A stretch of 64,000 nucleotides of DNA from an uncultured Acidobacteriota bacterium (GTDB taxonomy: Bacteria > Acidobacteriota > UBA6911). The DNA is taken from contig CAWEJX010000005.1 in the NCBI GenBank assembly GCA_963809485.1, positions 43,425-107,424 on the forward strand, in the 5' to 3' direction. The notes beneath the pieces were generated by a model, which saw only the letters and a program-made list of their open reading frames with translations, was not told the origin of the DNA and did not search any database. Shown here one piece after another: positions 48,628 through 59,951 of this stretch. Every line of letters starts with the position of its first letter. The stretch's first letter is position 1. Both the position numbers and the translations under genes were made by a program.

Positions 48628-48750
48628 ATCGGAAGCGCCTCATCGGCTTTTGCCCGCGTAAGTCAGCGTTCAAGACCGGCGTAACTCCTCCAACCGCTTT
48701 GAGCGTTTCAAGTCTTTCAAGCCTCCGGCTTTTGCCGAAGGTACCTGACT
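48628..48750 (+). mobile_element. Family A right half
   Basis: Starts ATCGGAAGCGCCTCATCGGCTTTTGC, ends GTACCTGACT abutting the GH3 stop. Confidence 0.78.
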
Positions 48751-51437
48751 TATTTCGGCAAAATCTGCTCGAGGATGGATTCGTGGATCTTTTCGCGGGC
48801 ATCGGCAATCGCGCCGGCAGAGACCGGGTCCGGTGAACCGCCGGTCAAAAACACCACGAAAAGCTGGCGGGACGGATCAATCCATAGTGAAGAGCCTTCT
48901 GGCGAGCTGTACCCGTACGCCGAAGATGAAAACAGGCGGCCGGTCCAGTCCAAAACGGAAGGTCTCTGCCATGCGCCATTGCCGGCCGTGAAACCGGCGA
49001 CGGTTTTGGCTTTGAAATATCGCCGGTGGTCATAAATGCCGCGGTACAGCAGCATCTGGGCAAAAACGCCCAGATCCCTCGCGCTGGTTACCAGCGCCTT
49101 GTGCCCCGGCGGCGCGTAGGAGGAGCTCTTCATCCCGAGCGGCTCGAAAATCTGCCGGGCGAGAAACTGCCGGAAAGGAAGGCCGGACACGCGCGACACG
49201 ATTTCCTCCAGCAGGCCCCGCAGCGCATCACTGTAGACAGCAGAGCTCCCGGTGCCGTTGGACAAGCCAGACAAAAGGTCCCGCACCCGGAGGCGCGCGA
49301 TATCCTCGCCCGTGTACTCGGGAACATAATCCCGAACCGGAGCCTCCGTCATAAGTTCTCCCGACTCGGCCGCCAGCATGGCCGCCGTCGAAACGATGAT
49401 GTTCGAAAGCGGGCCCGCATCGAGCGCGTCATCCGCGGCAATAGGCGGGGCGCCCGCTGCCGGCGCGCTTTTTCCGGCAGCCCAATTCAGAGCGACGGCG
49501 CCCTTGTACCCGACCAGCAGCTGAGCGCCCGCGAACAGTCCCGCTTCGACGCCAGACTGGAGGAGTTCCCTGGTTTTGGCAAAGGCCGCGCCGGGAATCC
49601 CTGCGGCGCCCGCTTCTTCTCTCAGCACCAGCTCCAATTTAGGAATTTGCATACCATCGCCCAGCCGGGCGTGTTCGGGGATCGACACGGGCATTCTGCC
49701 CTGCACGGCGATTTCGCCGGCAAGCGCCCTGGCGGCCGCGATCTGGGAAACGTCCGAATAACTGAAGGCGCAGATGTAAGTCCCGATCTGCGGGGCAAAG
49801 CGGAGCACGTAGGGATTTCCGAAGGAGATCCAGATCAGCGGCTTGCCCGACGCCAGGAGCTTTTGAAAAATCGGCCTCTGGGTTCCGGGAATCGACACGT
49901 TATTGGACCCGGAACTCAGCCGGACCAGCGTCGAGCAGAGGACCACGTCCGAGCGCCCGGCCGCTTTTTCAATATCCTCCAATAGGTCCGGCGAGACGCG
50001 CGCGTTGGCCCACGCGGTTCGAAGGGAGGGGAACCGTTTGCGCAATTCCGCCTGGAATACCGAACCGGGCGAAGATTCCAGGTCGGATGCGAGCACGAGG
50101 CTGAAGAGCTTCAGGTCGCCGGCCGGATTCAGGGGCAGAAGGCTCTGCTTATCCCTGACGACGGTGATGGACTGGTCCGCGATGTCCTGGGCCAGCTTCT
50201 CACTTTGCGGCGATGCCACGATGTCGCCGATCCGGCTGATGGAAACGGTCCGGCGCTGCTGCAGCCCCAGCCGGCTCTTGACGTGCAGGATTTTAGCCAC
50301 CGATTGATTGATGCGGCTTTCGGATATGTCGCCCCGTTTGACCGCCCGCTCGACTTCCTGGATGGCCACGACCGCGTCGGGAGGCAGCAGCAGGACATCC
50401 GCGCCCGCCTGGATGGCGCGCACCGCCGCCATCCCGCACCAGTACTGGTTTTTGATGCCGCCCATCTCCAGAGCATCCGTGACGACAAGCCCTCTGAATT
50501 TGAGTGAATCGCGCAGCAGGCCAGTCAGTATTTTCGCAGACAGCGTCGCCGGCTCTTCCGGATCTCCGGTCAGTTTGGGAACGGCGACATGCGCGGTCAT
50601 GACGGTATCCACTCCGGCTTCAATGGCGCTGCGGAACGGGGCGAGCTCCAGCGACTCCAAACGGTTCAGGTCCGATGGGATCACCGGCAGACCCACATGG
50701 GAGTCGGTGGCCGTGTCGCCGTGCCCGGGAAAATGCTTTGCCGTAGTCAGGACTCCCCCTTTTTTCGCCCCGCGTATGAATGCAGAACCCAAACGGGCCA
50801 CCAGCTGGGGATCCTCACCGAAGGAGCGTATGTTGATGACGGGGTTCGCAGGATTGTTGTTGACGTCCACCACCGGGGCAAATATCCAGTGGACTCCCAG
50901 CGCCCTGGATTCCTGGGCGGTGATGTATCCCTGGTCGAAGGCAAACTGCTCGGATCCGGCGGCGCCCAGCGCCATTGTCCACGGAAACGACGTCGTGTCG
51001 GAAATCCGGAACGAGGCGCCCCGCTCGAAATCGGCAGACACCAGCAGCGGCAATCTGGATATGGTCTGCAGCTCGTTGAGCAGGATAGCGGATTCGTAAA
51101 CGTTCCCGGCAAACAGCACAACCCCGCCGACGTTGTTTTTGCGCACCAGGTCCTTGATATCCTCGAACTCCGGGCTGTGCCGGTTGACGAACTTTCCCGG
51201 CACGCGTATCTGGACGAGCTGGGCGATCTTCTCGCGCAAAGTGAGGCTTTTGAGTGTCAAGTCGGCCCACGATTTGCTGAAATCCTGGGCAACGGAGGCG
51301 CCGGAAAGACTGAAGAAAATCAACACAAACAGTGCGATCGAGCGGGCTGGACAGCCGCTGAAGCTTCGAGCCATCCGGTGCGGCGAAGCTTCAACGGCCC
51401 GAAGACACGGCAAAAGGCGCGGCAGGTGTTCAGACAT
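48750..51437 (-). CDS. GH3 beta-N-acetylhexosaminidase fused to a degenerate beta-lactamase-like domain
   Basis: KHFPGHGDTATDSH, DFERG, TDALEMGG; C-terminal SARDLGVFAQMLL...LWIDP without SxxK; start uncertain. Confidence 0.9.
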   Translation of the reverse strand: MSEHLPRLLPCLRAVEASPHRMARSFSGCPARSIALFVLIFFSLSGASVAQDFSKSWADLTLKSLTLREKIAQLVQIRVPGKFVNRHSPEFEDIKDLVRKNNVGGVVLFAGNVYESAILLNELQTISRLPLLVSADFERGASFRISDTTSFPWTMALGAAGSEQFAFDQGYITAQESRALGVHWIFAPVVDVNNNPANPVINIRSFGEDPQLVARLGSAFIRGAKKGGVLTTAKHFPGHGDTATDSHVGLPVIPSDLNRLESLELAPFRSAIEAGVDTVMTAHVAVPKLTGDPEEPATLSAKILTGLLRDSLKFRGLVVTDALEMGGIKNQYWCGMAAVRAIQAGADVLLLPPDAVVAIQEVERAVKRGDISESRINQSVAKILHVKSRLGLQQRRTVSISRIGDIVASPQSEKLAQDIADQSITVVRDKQSLLPLNPAGDLKLFSLVLASDLESSPGSVFQAELRKRFPSLRTAWANARVSPDLLEDIEKAAGRSDVVLCSTLVRLSSGSNNVSIPGTQRPIFQKLLASGKPLIWISFGNPYVLRFAPQIGTYICAFSYSDVSQIAAARALAGEIAVQGRMPVSIPEHARLGDGMQIPKLELVLREEAGAAGIPGAAFAKTRELLQSGVEAGLFAGAQLLVGYKGAVALNWAAGKSAPAAGAPPIAADDALDAGPLSNIIVSTAAMLAAESGELMTEAPVRDYVPEYTGEDIARLRVRDLLSGLSNGTGSSAVYSDALRGLLEEIVSRVSGLPFRQFLARQIFEPLGMKSSSYAPPGHKALVTSARDLGVFAQMLLYRGIYDHRRYFKAKTVAGFTAGNGAWQRPSVLDWTGRLFSSSAYGYSSPEGSSLWIDPSRQLFVVFLTGGSPDPVSAGAIADAREKIHESILEQILPK

Positions 51438-51924
51438 CCTGCTTTTCCTCGAATACTCCGGCTTTCCTGTTTTTGTGGACGTTGTCCCAGCGGAAATACC
51501 GGCCGTTCATTGCGATGTAAACTCCCTCAGGCAGGCTCTGGGCAAATGCCAGAGCGCTGCCCAGGTTAAACAGACCGTCCGAACTGCCGAACTTGAAAGG
51601 CACCATGGCGCCTGTCAGGACAATGGTTTTGTCCAGGGACGCCTCGCCCAGAATGCGGGCGGTTTCCTCCATGGTGTCGGTGCCGTGGGTGATGACGATG
51701 TGGCTTTCCGGACATTTGCGGCAGTTTTCCAGAACGATTTGCCGGTCCGAATCCGTCATTTCCAGGCTGTCGATCATCATGAGCGTGCGTATGTCCACCT
51801 TCACTTTGCACCGGCCCAGTTCCAGCATCTCGGGCAGGTGGGAGTCCCGGAAATAGAGCTTGCCCTCCAGCTCGTCGTATTCCTTGTCGAAAGTCCCGCC
51901 GGTCACCAGGATTCGGACAGTCAT
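51430..51924 (-). CDS. Asparaginase N-terminal-domain protein
   Basis: TGGTFDK, THGTDTM, LTGAM. Confidence 0.9.
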   Translation of the reverse strand: MTVRILVTGGTFDKEYDELEGKLYFRDSHLPEMLELGRCKVKVDIRTLMMIDSLEMTDSDRQIVLENCRKCPESHIVITHGTDTMEETARILGEASLDKTIVLTGAMVPFKFGSSDGLFNLGSALAFAQSLPEGVYIAMNGRYFRWDNVHKNRKAGVFEEKQDV

Positions 51925-51930
51925 TGTGTG

Positions 51931-52407
51931 CTACCCCATGTAAAGCGTCTGGGTGTTTACCGGGAGACCGAGCAGCTTGAGATACGTGAAGAGCTGCATC
52001 TTGTGGTGGACGAAGTGATCGCGGAAATCAAGCGCCATCCGCTCGATCTTGTTTTGCCAGCCCCAGGGAACCGAAACCATTTTGCTGGCGAAATCCTCCT
52101 CCGAAATGCCTGCCAGGAGTTCACGAAGCGTGGTCTTGTCCTTTTCAAGTTTGGCAAGAGCTTCCTGGACATTGCAGCTGGGCGTAGGCGGAGGGCCCCC
52201 GGCCGTATCCATTTGTGGCCAGCTGTTGGTGATCGCCATGCGCAATTCGCTGCCGATGCCCTCGCCCAGGTGGCAGATAAGCTGCCCCATGCTCATGAAA
52301 GTCGGACCCGGCTTCCAATCCAGCTTATCGGCAGGAACCATCTTTAACATCGTCTCGGCAGGCTTAAATGCGTCCAGAGAATATTGGATAAACTCGTCCT
52401 TTTTCAC
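51931..52407 (-). CDS. DinB family protein
   Basis: LDWKP...MGQLICH...HFVHHKMQLFTYLKLLG. Confidence 0.85.
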   Translation of the reverse strand: MKKDEFIQYSLDAFKPAETMLKMVPADKLDWKPGPTFMSMGQLICHLGEGIGSELRMAITNSWPQMDTAGGPPPTPSCNVQEALAKLEKDKTTLRELLAGISEEDFASKMVSVPWGWQNKIERMALDFRDHFVHHKMQLFTYLKLLGLPVNTQTLYMG

Positions 52408-52623
52408 GATTTTTTCCCCCTTGTCTGTAGAATTTTTTGGCCAAATCAGGGTATCACAAAGGCATGCGGAAGTCAGGTGTTGGCACTCCGTGCCGTGGAA
52501 CGTTTGAACGTTTGCACGTTTGAACGTTTGCACGTTGAACGTTTTCCACCTTCCACCTTTCACAAAAATACCAAGATGCATCGCCGCTGCATTTGGATTA
52601 ACATACCTGCAAGCAGGGAGACC

Positions 52624-53190
52624 ATGGCGAATTCAAAATCCGGAATGCTGCAGGAGCAGGAGGCGGCTGCGCGGCTGAGCCTGTCAAAGATCATGCCCGC
52701 CGTCTACGACGATCTGCGGAGACTGGCCCGGTTCTACATGGCCAGGGAAAAGGCCGGGCACACGCTCCAGGCGACGGCCCTCGTCAATGAGGCCTACCTG
52801 AGATTGAAAAAGGAGAAGGCTCATTCGTGGCAGAACCGCGCGCATTTCTGCGCCATCGCCGCCGGCGCGATGCGGGAGATCCTGGTGGAGAAGGCGCGGG
52901 CCCGGGCGGCGTCGAAGCGGGGAGGATCGCGCGTGCGTGTCAGCCTCGAAAAAGCAGATACCGGGAAGCCGGACTCATCCTTCGACCTCCTTGCTCTTAA
53001 CGAAGCTTTGGAGCGCCTGACGCTCATGGATCCGCCGCTGGCGCGCATCGTCGAGCTTCGCTTCTTCGGAGGTCTGACCGTGGAAGAGGCAGCCGAAACC
53101 ATCGGCACTTCGCCGGCAACGATAAAGCGAGGCTGGAGAGTGGCCAAGGCCTGGCTCAAGAGTGAAATGGAGAAATCCGGTGGATCCTGA
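52624..53190 (+). CDS. ECF sigma factor, kinase-associated type (TIGR02999-like)
   Basis: VYDDLRRLA, HTLQATALVNEAYLRL, VELRFFGGLT. Confidence 0.93.
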   Translation: MANSKSGMLQEQEAAARLSLSKIMPAVYDDLRRLARFYMAREKAGHTLQATALVNEAYLRLKKEKAHSWQNRAHFCAIAAGAMREILVEKARARAASKRGGSRVRVSLEKADTGKPDSSFDLLALNEALERLTLMDPPLARIVELRFFGGLTVEEAAETIGTSPATIKRGWRVAKAWLKSEMEKSGGS

Positions 53191-54688
53191 ACGCTGGCAG
53201 CAGCTCAAGGAAATTTTTGAGGCCGCGCTCGATGTGGACGCTTCGCGCCGGGCCGCCTTTCTGGAAAAGGCCTGCCGGACAGACCCCAGCATGCGCAGGG
53301 AAGTCGAGGCTCTGATTAAGAGCCAGGGCGGCGACAGCTTCCTAGAAAAGCCCGCATACAAGGAAGTCCCGGAATTGTTCGACAGCGGCCTGGACGAAGC
53401 GCTGGTCGGAAACCGGCTTGGCCCCTACGCGATAACAGGCAAATTAGGCCGGGGAGGCATGGGGATCGTTTACCTTGCCAAGGACACGCGGCTGGACCGG
53501 CCGGTGGCGATCAAAATGCTCGCGCCCAAGTACACCGACGACCCTCAGCAGCGCGAGAGGCTGAAACGCGAGGCGCGCGCCGCCGCCAGGCTTTCGCATC
53601 CGGGCATCGCCACCGTATATTCTTTCGAGGAGCTCGAAGACAAGCTTTACATCGTATCTGAATATGTCAAAGGCAACACGCTCCTGCAGGTCATGGCTGA
53701 GGGCCCGCTCAGGATGCCCGTGGTGATGGACATCGCGACTCAGATCGCGCGGGCGCTCGCGTCGGCGCACGAGAACGGCATCGTGCACCGGGACCTGAAG
53801 CCTGAGAACGTCGCCCGGACCGACTCGGGCGTCATCAAAATCCTCGATTTCGGCCTGGCCAGGATCGAGCCCACGGTCGGCACGACCACGAACGCAAGGC
53901 TTACGCGCTCGGGCATGTTTCTCGGCACGCCGGCCTATTCTTCCCCTGAGCAGCTGCGGGGCGGAGCAGTCGACAGACGTACGGACATCTTTTCCTACGG
54001 CGTGCTTCTGTACGAGCTTGCCGCGGGCAAGCACCCCTTCGGCAACGCGGATTCCATGGCCATCATCGGGCGCATCCTGGAATCGGAGGCCACGGACATC
54101 ACGCGGATCAATCCCTCGATCCCGAAGGAACTCGACCGGATTATCCAGCGCTGCCTGAAAAAGGATCCCGAGGAACGTTACAGCAGCACGCGCGACCTCG
54201 TGTTCGATCTGGAGCAGCTCTCGGAGAGCATGAGACGGGAGGCTCTCGGCCCGGCGCCTGCCGATGAAACTCCGAAAAAAAGGGCGCTCTGGTGGTGGCA
54301 GCTCCACCAGGCCGTCGCAGGTTTCGGCTATTACGGAATGCTCTACCCGATGTGGAGAGTGAAGCAATGGCTGGGCGGAGTGGAAGGATCCATGTTTTTC
54401 TTTCCCATAGTCGCTGCCGTGATGGTAGCCTCGAACCTGCGGTTGCACCTCTGGTTCACTTCGTATGGTTACCCGTCGGAACTCGCCGAACAGCGCCGGC
54501 TGGTTTGGAAATGGATACGCGGAGCCGACATCCTGTTCGTGCTGACTCTCGCGATCTGCGCCATACGCATCCACACGATCCATGCGATCATCGCGACGCT
54601 TTTGATGGCCGTTGCAGTCGGCAGCCTGGTTGCATTCGCCCTCATCGAACCCACCAGCGCCCGCGCCGCCCTCGACAAGAAAGAATAA
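53180..54688 (+). CDS. Ser/Thr protein kinase with C-terminal multi-pass membrane domain
   Basis: LGRGGMGIVY, VAIK, HRDLKPEN, DFGLA, GTPAYSSPE; about four hydrophobic segments at the C-terminus. Confidence 0.93.
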   Translation: MDPERWQQLKEIFEAALDVDASRRAAFLEKACRTDPSMRREVEALIKSQGGDSFLEKPAYKEVPELFDSGLDEALVGNRLGPYAITGKLGRGGMGIVYLAKDTRLDRPVAIKMLAPKYTDDPQQRERLKREARAAARLSHPGIATVYSFEELEDKLYIVSEYVKGNTLLQVMAEGPLRMPVVMDIATQIARALASAHENGIVHRDLKPENVARTDSGVIKILDFGLARIEPTVGTTTNARLTRSGMFLGTPAYSSPEQLRGGAVDRRTDIFSYGVLLYELAAGKHPFGNADSMAIIGRILESEATDITRINPSIPKELDRIIQRCLKKDPEERYSSTRDLVFDLEQLSESMRREALGPAPADETPKKRALWWWQLHQAVAGFGYYGMLYPMWRVKQWLGGVEGSMFFFPIVAAVMVASNLRLHLWFTSYGYPSELAEQRRLVWKWIRGADILFVLTLAICAIRIHTIHAIIATLLMAVAVGSLVAFALIEPTSARAALDKKE

Positions 54689-54723
54689 TCTGAAATAGGA
54701 ATTCGGTTTATCAATGTAATTGG

Positions 54724-55584
54724 TTATTTTGCCATGGCCTGAATTGTATCGGGGGTGGCGGCCCGGGCCATACGGCCGCGCAGCGTCTCAAGCGTCCTCT
54801 GCATCGACTCGCGCGCAACCCCGTTGATCAATGGCCGGGCCATAACTTGCAGGACAGCCGGGATGGAGCGGCTCAACGTCATGGATTCGCATTCCATAAT
54901 GACGCCCCCATCGACCTGTTCGTAACGCCAATAGGAATTCATGCGCCAGAGAAAGCCGCTGTCGTGCCCCTGCGGCATTTCCCGCTCGACATTGTTCCGG
55001 CGCTCGACCTCGGCGATTTTTGTTGAGACGCTGCTGCTGGAAACCCGGGTGTTTCCATGCAGCCTGTACCGGACGAGGTGTTCGGTGTTGTAGACCACCG
55101 TCACGATTTTGGACCGCTGCAGCTTGAGATAGATCCTATATTGGCCGGGGGATTTTTCCAAAACCCTGTAGGCGAGCACATCCTCCTGCTCCGCATCCGC
55201 CGGCACCGGATTCCTCAGGCGGTCGAGTACGTCTTCCTGCGTCGCGCCGGGCACGAAAATGGCCCCGCGCCAGTGGTGAACCGTGCCTTCCGGGATTTCC
55301 ATCGCACGGCCGCGCCTGTCGTAAGTTTTAACCTGCTCAATCAGGGTTTTTCCGGCCAGCAGCGCTCGCCGGTCGTCCTGCGCTTCCTGCCCGGTCTGAA
55401 ATTCCAGCGCCAGGAAGCCGTTCGGCGAGGACATTTCCGTTGCCATGCGCTGCTCCGTGGCTTCCGTGTAGGCCATCCACGCCTTCACTGTTTCGGGCTG
55501 CAAATCGGCGGCATTCAAGGCCGTGCAGAGCAATGCCGGGATTAAGAACATATTGAGCCAAAGGGACGAGGGGTATCGGCTCAT
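54724..55584 (-). CDS. Exported hypothetical protein
   Basis: Signal peptide ending ALNAA; HHWRGAIFVPG, GFLWRMNSYWRY, ECESMTLSR; ATGA-coupled to GtrA gene. Confidence 0.8.
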   Translation of the reverse strand: MSRYPSSLWLNMFLIPALLCTALNAADLQPETVKAWMAYTEATEQRMATEMSSPNGFLALEFQTGQEAQDDRRALLAGKTLIEQVKTYDRRGRAMEIPEGTVHHWRGAIFVPGATQEDVLDRLRNPVPADAEQEDVLAYRVLEKSPGQYRIYLKLQRSKIVTVVYNTEHLVRYRLHGNTRVSSSSVSTKIAEVERRNNVEREMPQGHDSGFLWRMNSYWRYEQVDGGVIMECESMTLSRSIPAVLQVMARPLINGVARESMQRTLETLRGRMARAATPDTIQAMAK

Positions 55585-56000
55585 GGCTGCGCCTCCTGTT
55601 TTTGAATCCGCTCCGGCTTGAAAACAAGGCGGTCGCCGGCAGCGAAGGTGAAAAGAGAACACAGTGCTATGGCAAGCGCATTCGCGGGCAGGTAATTCAT
55701 GTCCAGGCTATTCACAAAAAGAAACATCAGGACGATGTTGCCGGCCAGCGACAGCATTCCGTTAGCAATGTGGAAACAGATGAGCCTGCGCAAAAGGCCG
55801 TTTTGCCTGTCCTTGATGCGGTCGGCCCACGTCCAGCGTTCGTGCCAGAAAAAGTTGTGCAGCACCGCCGCTTCAACCGCCAGACCCGTCGCCGCCAGGT
55901 AGCCCATCCTGAATTCGCGCGTAAGCGCCCAAAGCACGCTCATCTGCACCACGAATCCCATCGCGCCCACCGAGTTGAAAATCAGCCACCGACGAACCAT
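55581..56000 (-). CDS. GtrA family protein
   Basis: RWLIFNSVGAMG, HNFFWHERWTW, four TM segments. Confidence 0.9.
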   Translation of the reverse strand: MVRRWLIFNSVGAMGFVVQMSVLWALTREFRMGYLAATGLAVEAAVLHNFFWHERWTWADRIKDRQNGLLRRLICFHIANGMLSLAGNIVLMFLFVNSLDMNYLPANALAIALCSLFTFAAGDRLVFKPERIQKQEAQP

Positions 56001-56065
56001 TTCGAGTTCCCAGTTTCGAGTTCCCAGTTTCCAGTTTCGAGTTCCCAGTTTCTGAATCCTAATCA

Positions 56066-56743
56066 CTAATCACTAACAGTCTCGGCTCGGTAAAGGGCGC
56101 GCGTATTGCGGATTGCGGAATACAGCATCGCAGCAAGCAGCCCGGCTATGGCAAAAATGCCTCCAATGTCGAAAAGCAGAACCGGACCGCGGTCGCCCAG
56201 GTAAACCCACGGGTCGTAAAGAAGGTACAGGGTCCCGAAGGAAAGGATGATGCGAAGTTCGGTCGGGCCGATGCGGAAGCAGGACAGACGGAATATCTGC
56301 TGGACATGCGTCGCCAGGAAAACCTCGGCCTCGACCAGGGCGAAGGCTGCGAGCAGGGCAAATGCGATCGGTCGGCTCATGTAGCCGGAAAAAGCCAGGC
56401 CGCCCAGTAGCGCTGCCGTGCCGAAGAGATCGATCACGTGATCGACGTAATACCCGTAGCGGGGACGTTGGCAGTTCCGTACACGGGCCAGCGTGCCGTC
56501 CAGGCTGTCTCCCAGCCAGTTGGCTGCCAGCGCCGCGACGACCAGGATCAAGGCATATTTATTACGGCTGGCCATCCAATAGCCGGCGCCGGCCGCAATC
56601 ATGGAAGCCAGACCCAGCAGCGTCAGGTGATCCGAGTTGATCCATCGCGGCATCCTTCGAGCCAGCCAGTGTAAGGCCCGTTTCTCGGGTATCTCGAGCA
56701 GTCCTCCGTATTCGCGCACGTGGGTGATCGCATCGTCATTCAT
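56066..56743 (-). CDS. CDP-alcohol phosphatidyltransferase family protein
   Basis: DSLDGTLARVRNCQRPRYGYYVDHVID matches DxxDGxxAR...GxxxDxxxD. Confidence 0.92.
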   Translation of the reverse strand: MNDDAITHVREYGGLLEIPEKRALHWLARRMPRWINSDHLTLLGLASMIAAGAGYWMASRNKYALILVVAALAANWLGDSLDGTLARVRNCQRPRYGYYVDHVIDLFGTAALLGGLAFSGYMSRPIAFALLAAFALVEAEVFLATHVQQIFRLSCFRIGPTELRIILSFGTLYLLYDPWVYLGDRGPVLLFDIGGIFAIAGLLAAMLYSAIRNTRALYRAETVSD

Positions 56744-56766
56744 GTCTCGGCTCCTCCTCGATCTGT

Positions 56767-56795
56767 AATGCGAAAAACCGGACCAAAGCGGATCA
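56767..56795 (-). promoter_or_regulatory. Candidate ECF-type promoter
   Basis: Minus strand TGATCC-N17-CGCATT just above the GAGGAG RBS. Confidence 0.35.
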
Positions 56796-56889
56796 GCATC
56801 AGCTGCTGAGAAAATGGTAGTTATTTATATTTTTTCAGCGTACGTCAGCGTTTATCCGCGTTCGTCAGCGTTAAAATTCCTGTACTTGA

Positions 56890-58605
<1,716 letters not shown>

Positions 58606-58679
58606 CCCTTCGAGAAAGCCTTTGCGTCTTTGCGCCCTGGAGGTTAGAAAATTCCACACAATCTGCTATTCTTGAGCCC

Positions 58680-58990
58680 TAAATAGTTTCTGTCGCGAAA
58701 CTCGGTTTTTGCGAAGAAACCGGATTTTTGAGCGGTGGATAGGATATTTGATATTACATGGAGGCCGGAAACTGGAGCCGGGCCGCGTAGCGGCCAATTG
58801 AATTTAGCCAGGCCTTTTAAGGCCTGGATCTAAAGGGATTAGGTTTTCCGTCGCGTAGCGACGGCTGAATCTCAGGCGTCGCTACGCGACGCGCTGTCCC
58901 CAATACCACGGTTCCCGGCCTTGAAAGGCCGGGCTAAAATCATAGTGCCGCTACGCGGCACCACCCAGTTTCGCGACAGAAACTGAATAG
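58680..58990. mobile_element. Family B MITE, copy 3 (more diverged)
   Basis: AGTTTCTGTCGCGAAACT ... AGTTTCGCGACAGAAACT with the same internal palindromes. Confidence 0.85.
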
Positions 58991-59006
58991 TTGACGGGGT
59001 GAATCT

Positions 59007-59951
59007 ATGCACAATGTCATCATCGTCGGATCGGGACCCGCGGGATATACCGCGGCTATCTATGCGGCGCGCGCCAACCTTTCCCCTTTCCTCCTGACCT
59101 CGGAGCCTCGAGGACAGCAGATGCCCGGAGGGCAGCTCATGCTCACGAGTGAAGTGGAGAACTTCCCGGGCTTCCCGGAAGGCATCCTCGGCCCGGACTT
59201 GATGGAGCTGATGCGCAAACAGGCGCTGCGCTTCGGGACGGAAATGCTGGAGGAGGATGCCGAAGAGGCCGACTTCAGGCCCGGAGGCCCGTTTCGGGTG
59301 CGTTCCCGCGCCGGTTGGCGCGAAGCGCGGTCCGTGATTGTGGCTACCGGCGCCATGGCCAATTGGCTCGATTTGCCCGATGAGTCGAAATTCCGCAACC
59401 ACGGTTTGTCAGCCTGCGCCGTGTGCGACGGGATGTTCTTCCGCAACCAGGAAGTCATGGTCATAGGCGGCGGAGACACGGCCATCGAGGAAGCGCTTAC
59501 GCTCGCCCACCACGCGTCGAAAGTAACGGTTGTGCACCGGCGTGACGCGCTGCGCGCAAGTAAAATCATGCAAACGCGTGCGTTGGAGCACCCCAAGATA
59601 CATTTCCTCTGGAACACCGTTGTGACGGGCTATAAAGGGGAGGGAAGCCTTCAGGCCGCGAGGCTGAAGGACGTCGTCACAGGGAAGGAATGGGTCGAGC
59701 CTATTTCCGGCATTTTCATGGCGATCGGCCACCACCCCAATACCGAATTCCTTCGAGGCGTCATCGACCTGGACGAGCAGGGGTATATCATCGCCCGCAA
59801 CGGAGTCGAAACCAGCATGGAAGGGGTTTTCGCGGCCGGCGACGTGCACGACAGAAATTTCCGCCAGGCCATCACGGCCGCAGGCTTCGGCTGCATGGCC
59901 GCGCTGAAAGCCGAGCGCTGGCTGGAAATACATCCGATGAAGAAACTGTGA
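59007..59951 (+). CDS. trxB: Thioredoxin reductase
   Basis: GSGPAG, CAVCDG, GGGDTAIEEA, FAAGDV. Confidence 0.96.
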   Translation: MHNVIIVGSGPAGYTAAIYAARANLSPFLLTSEPRGQQMPGGQLMLTSEVENFPGFPEGILGPDLMELMRKQALRFGTEMLEEDAEEADFRPGGPFRVRSRAGWREARSVIVATGAMANWLDLPDESKFRNHGLSACAVCDGMFFRNQEVMVIGGGDTAIEEALTLAHHASKVTVVHRRDALRASKIMQTRALEHPKIHFLWNTVVTGYKGEGSLQAARLKDVVTGKEWVEPISGIFMAIGHHPNTEFLRGVIDLDEQGYIIARNGVETSMEGVFAAGDVHDRNFRQAITAAGFGCMAALKAERWLEIHPMKKL

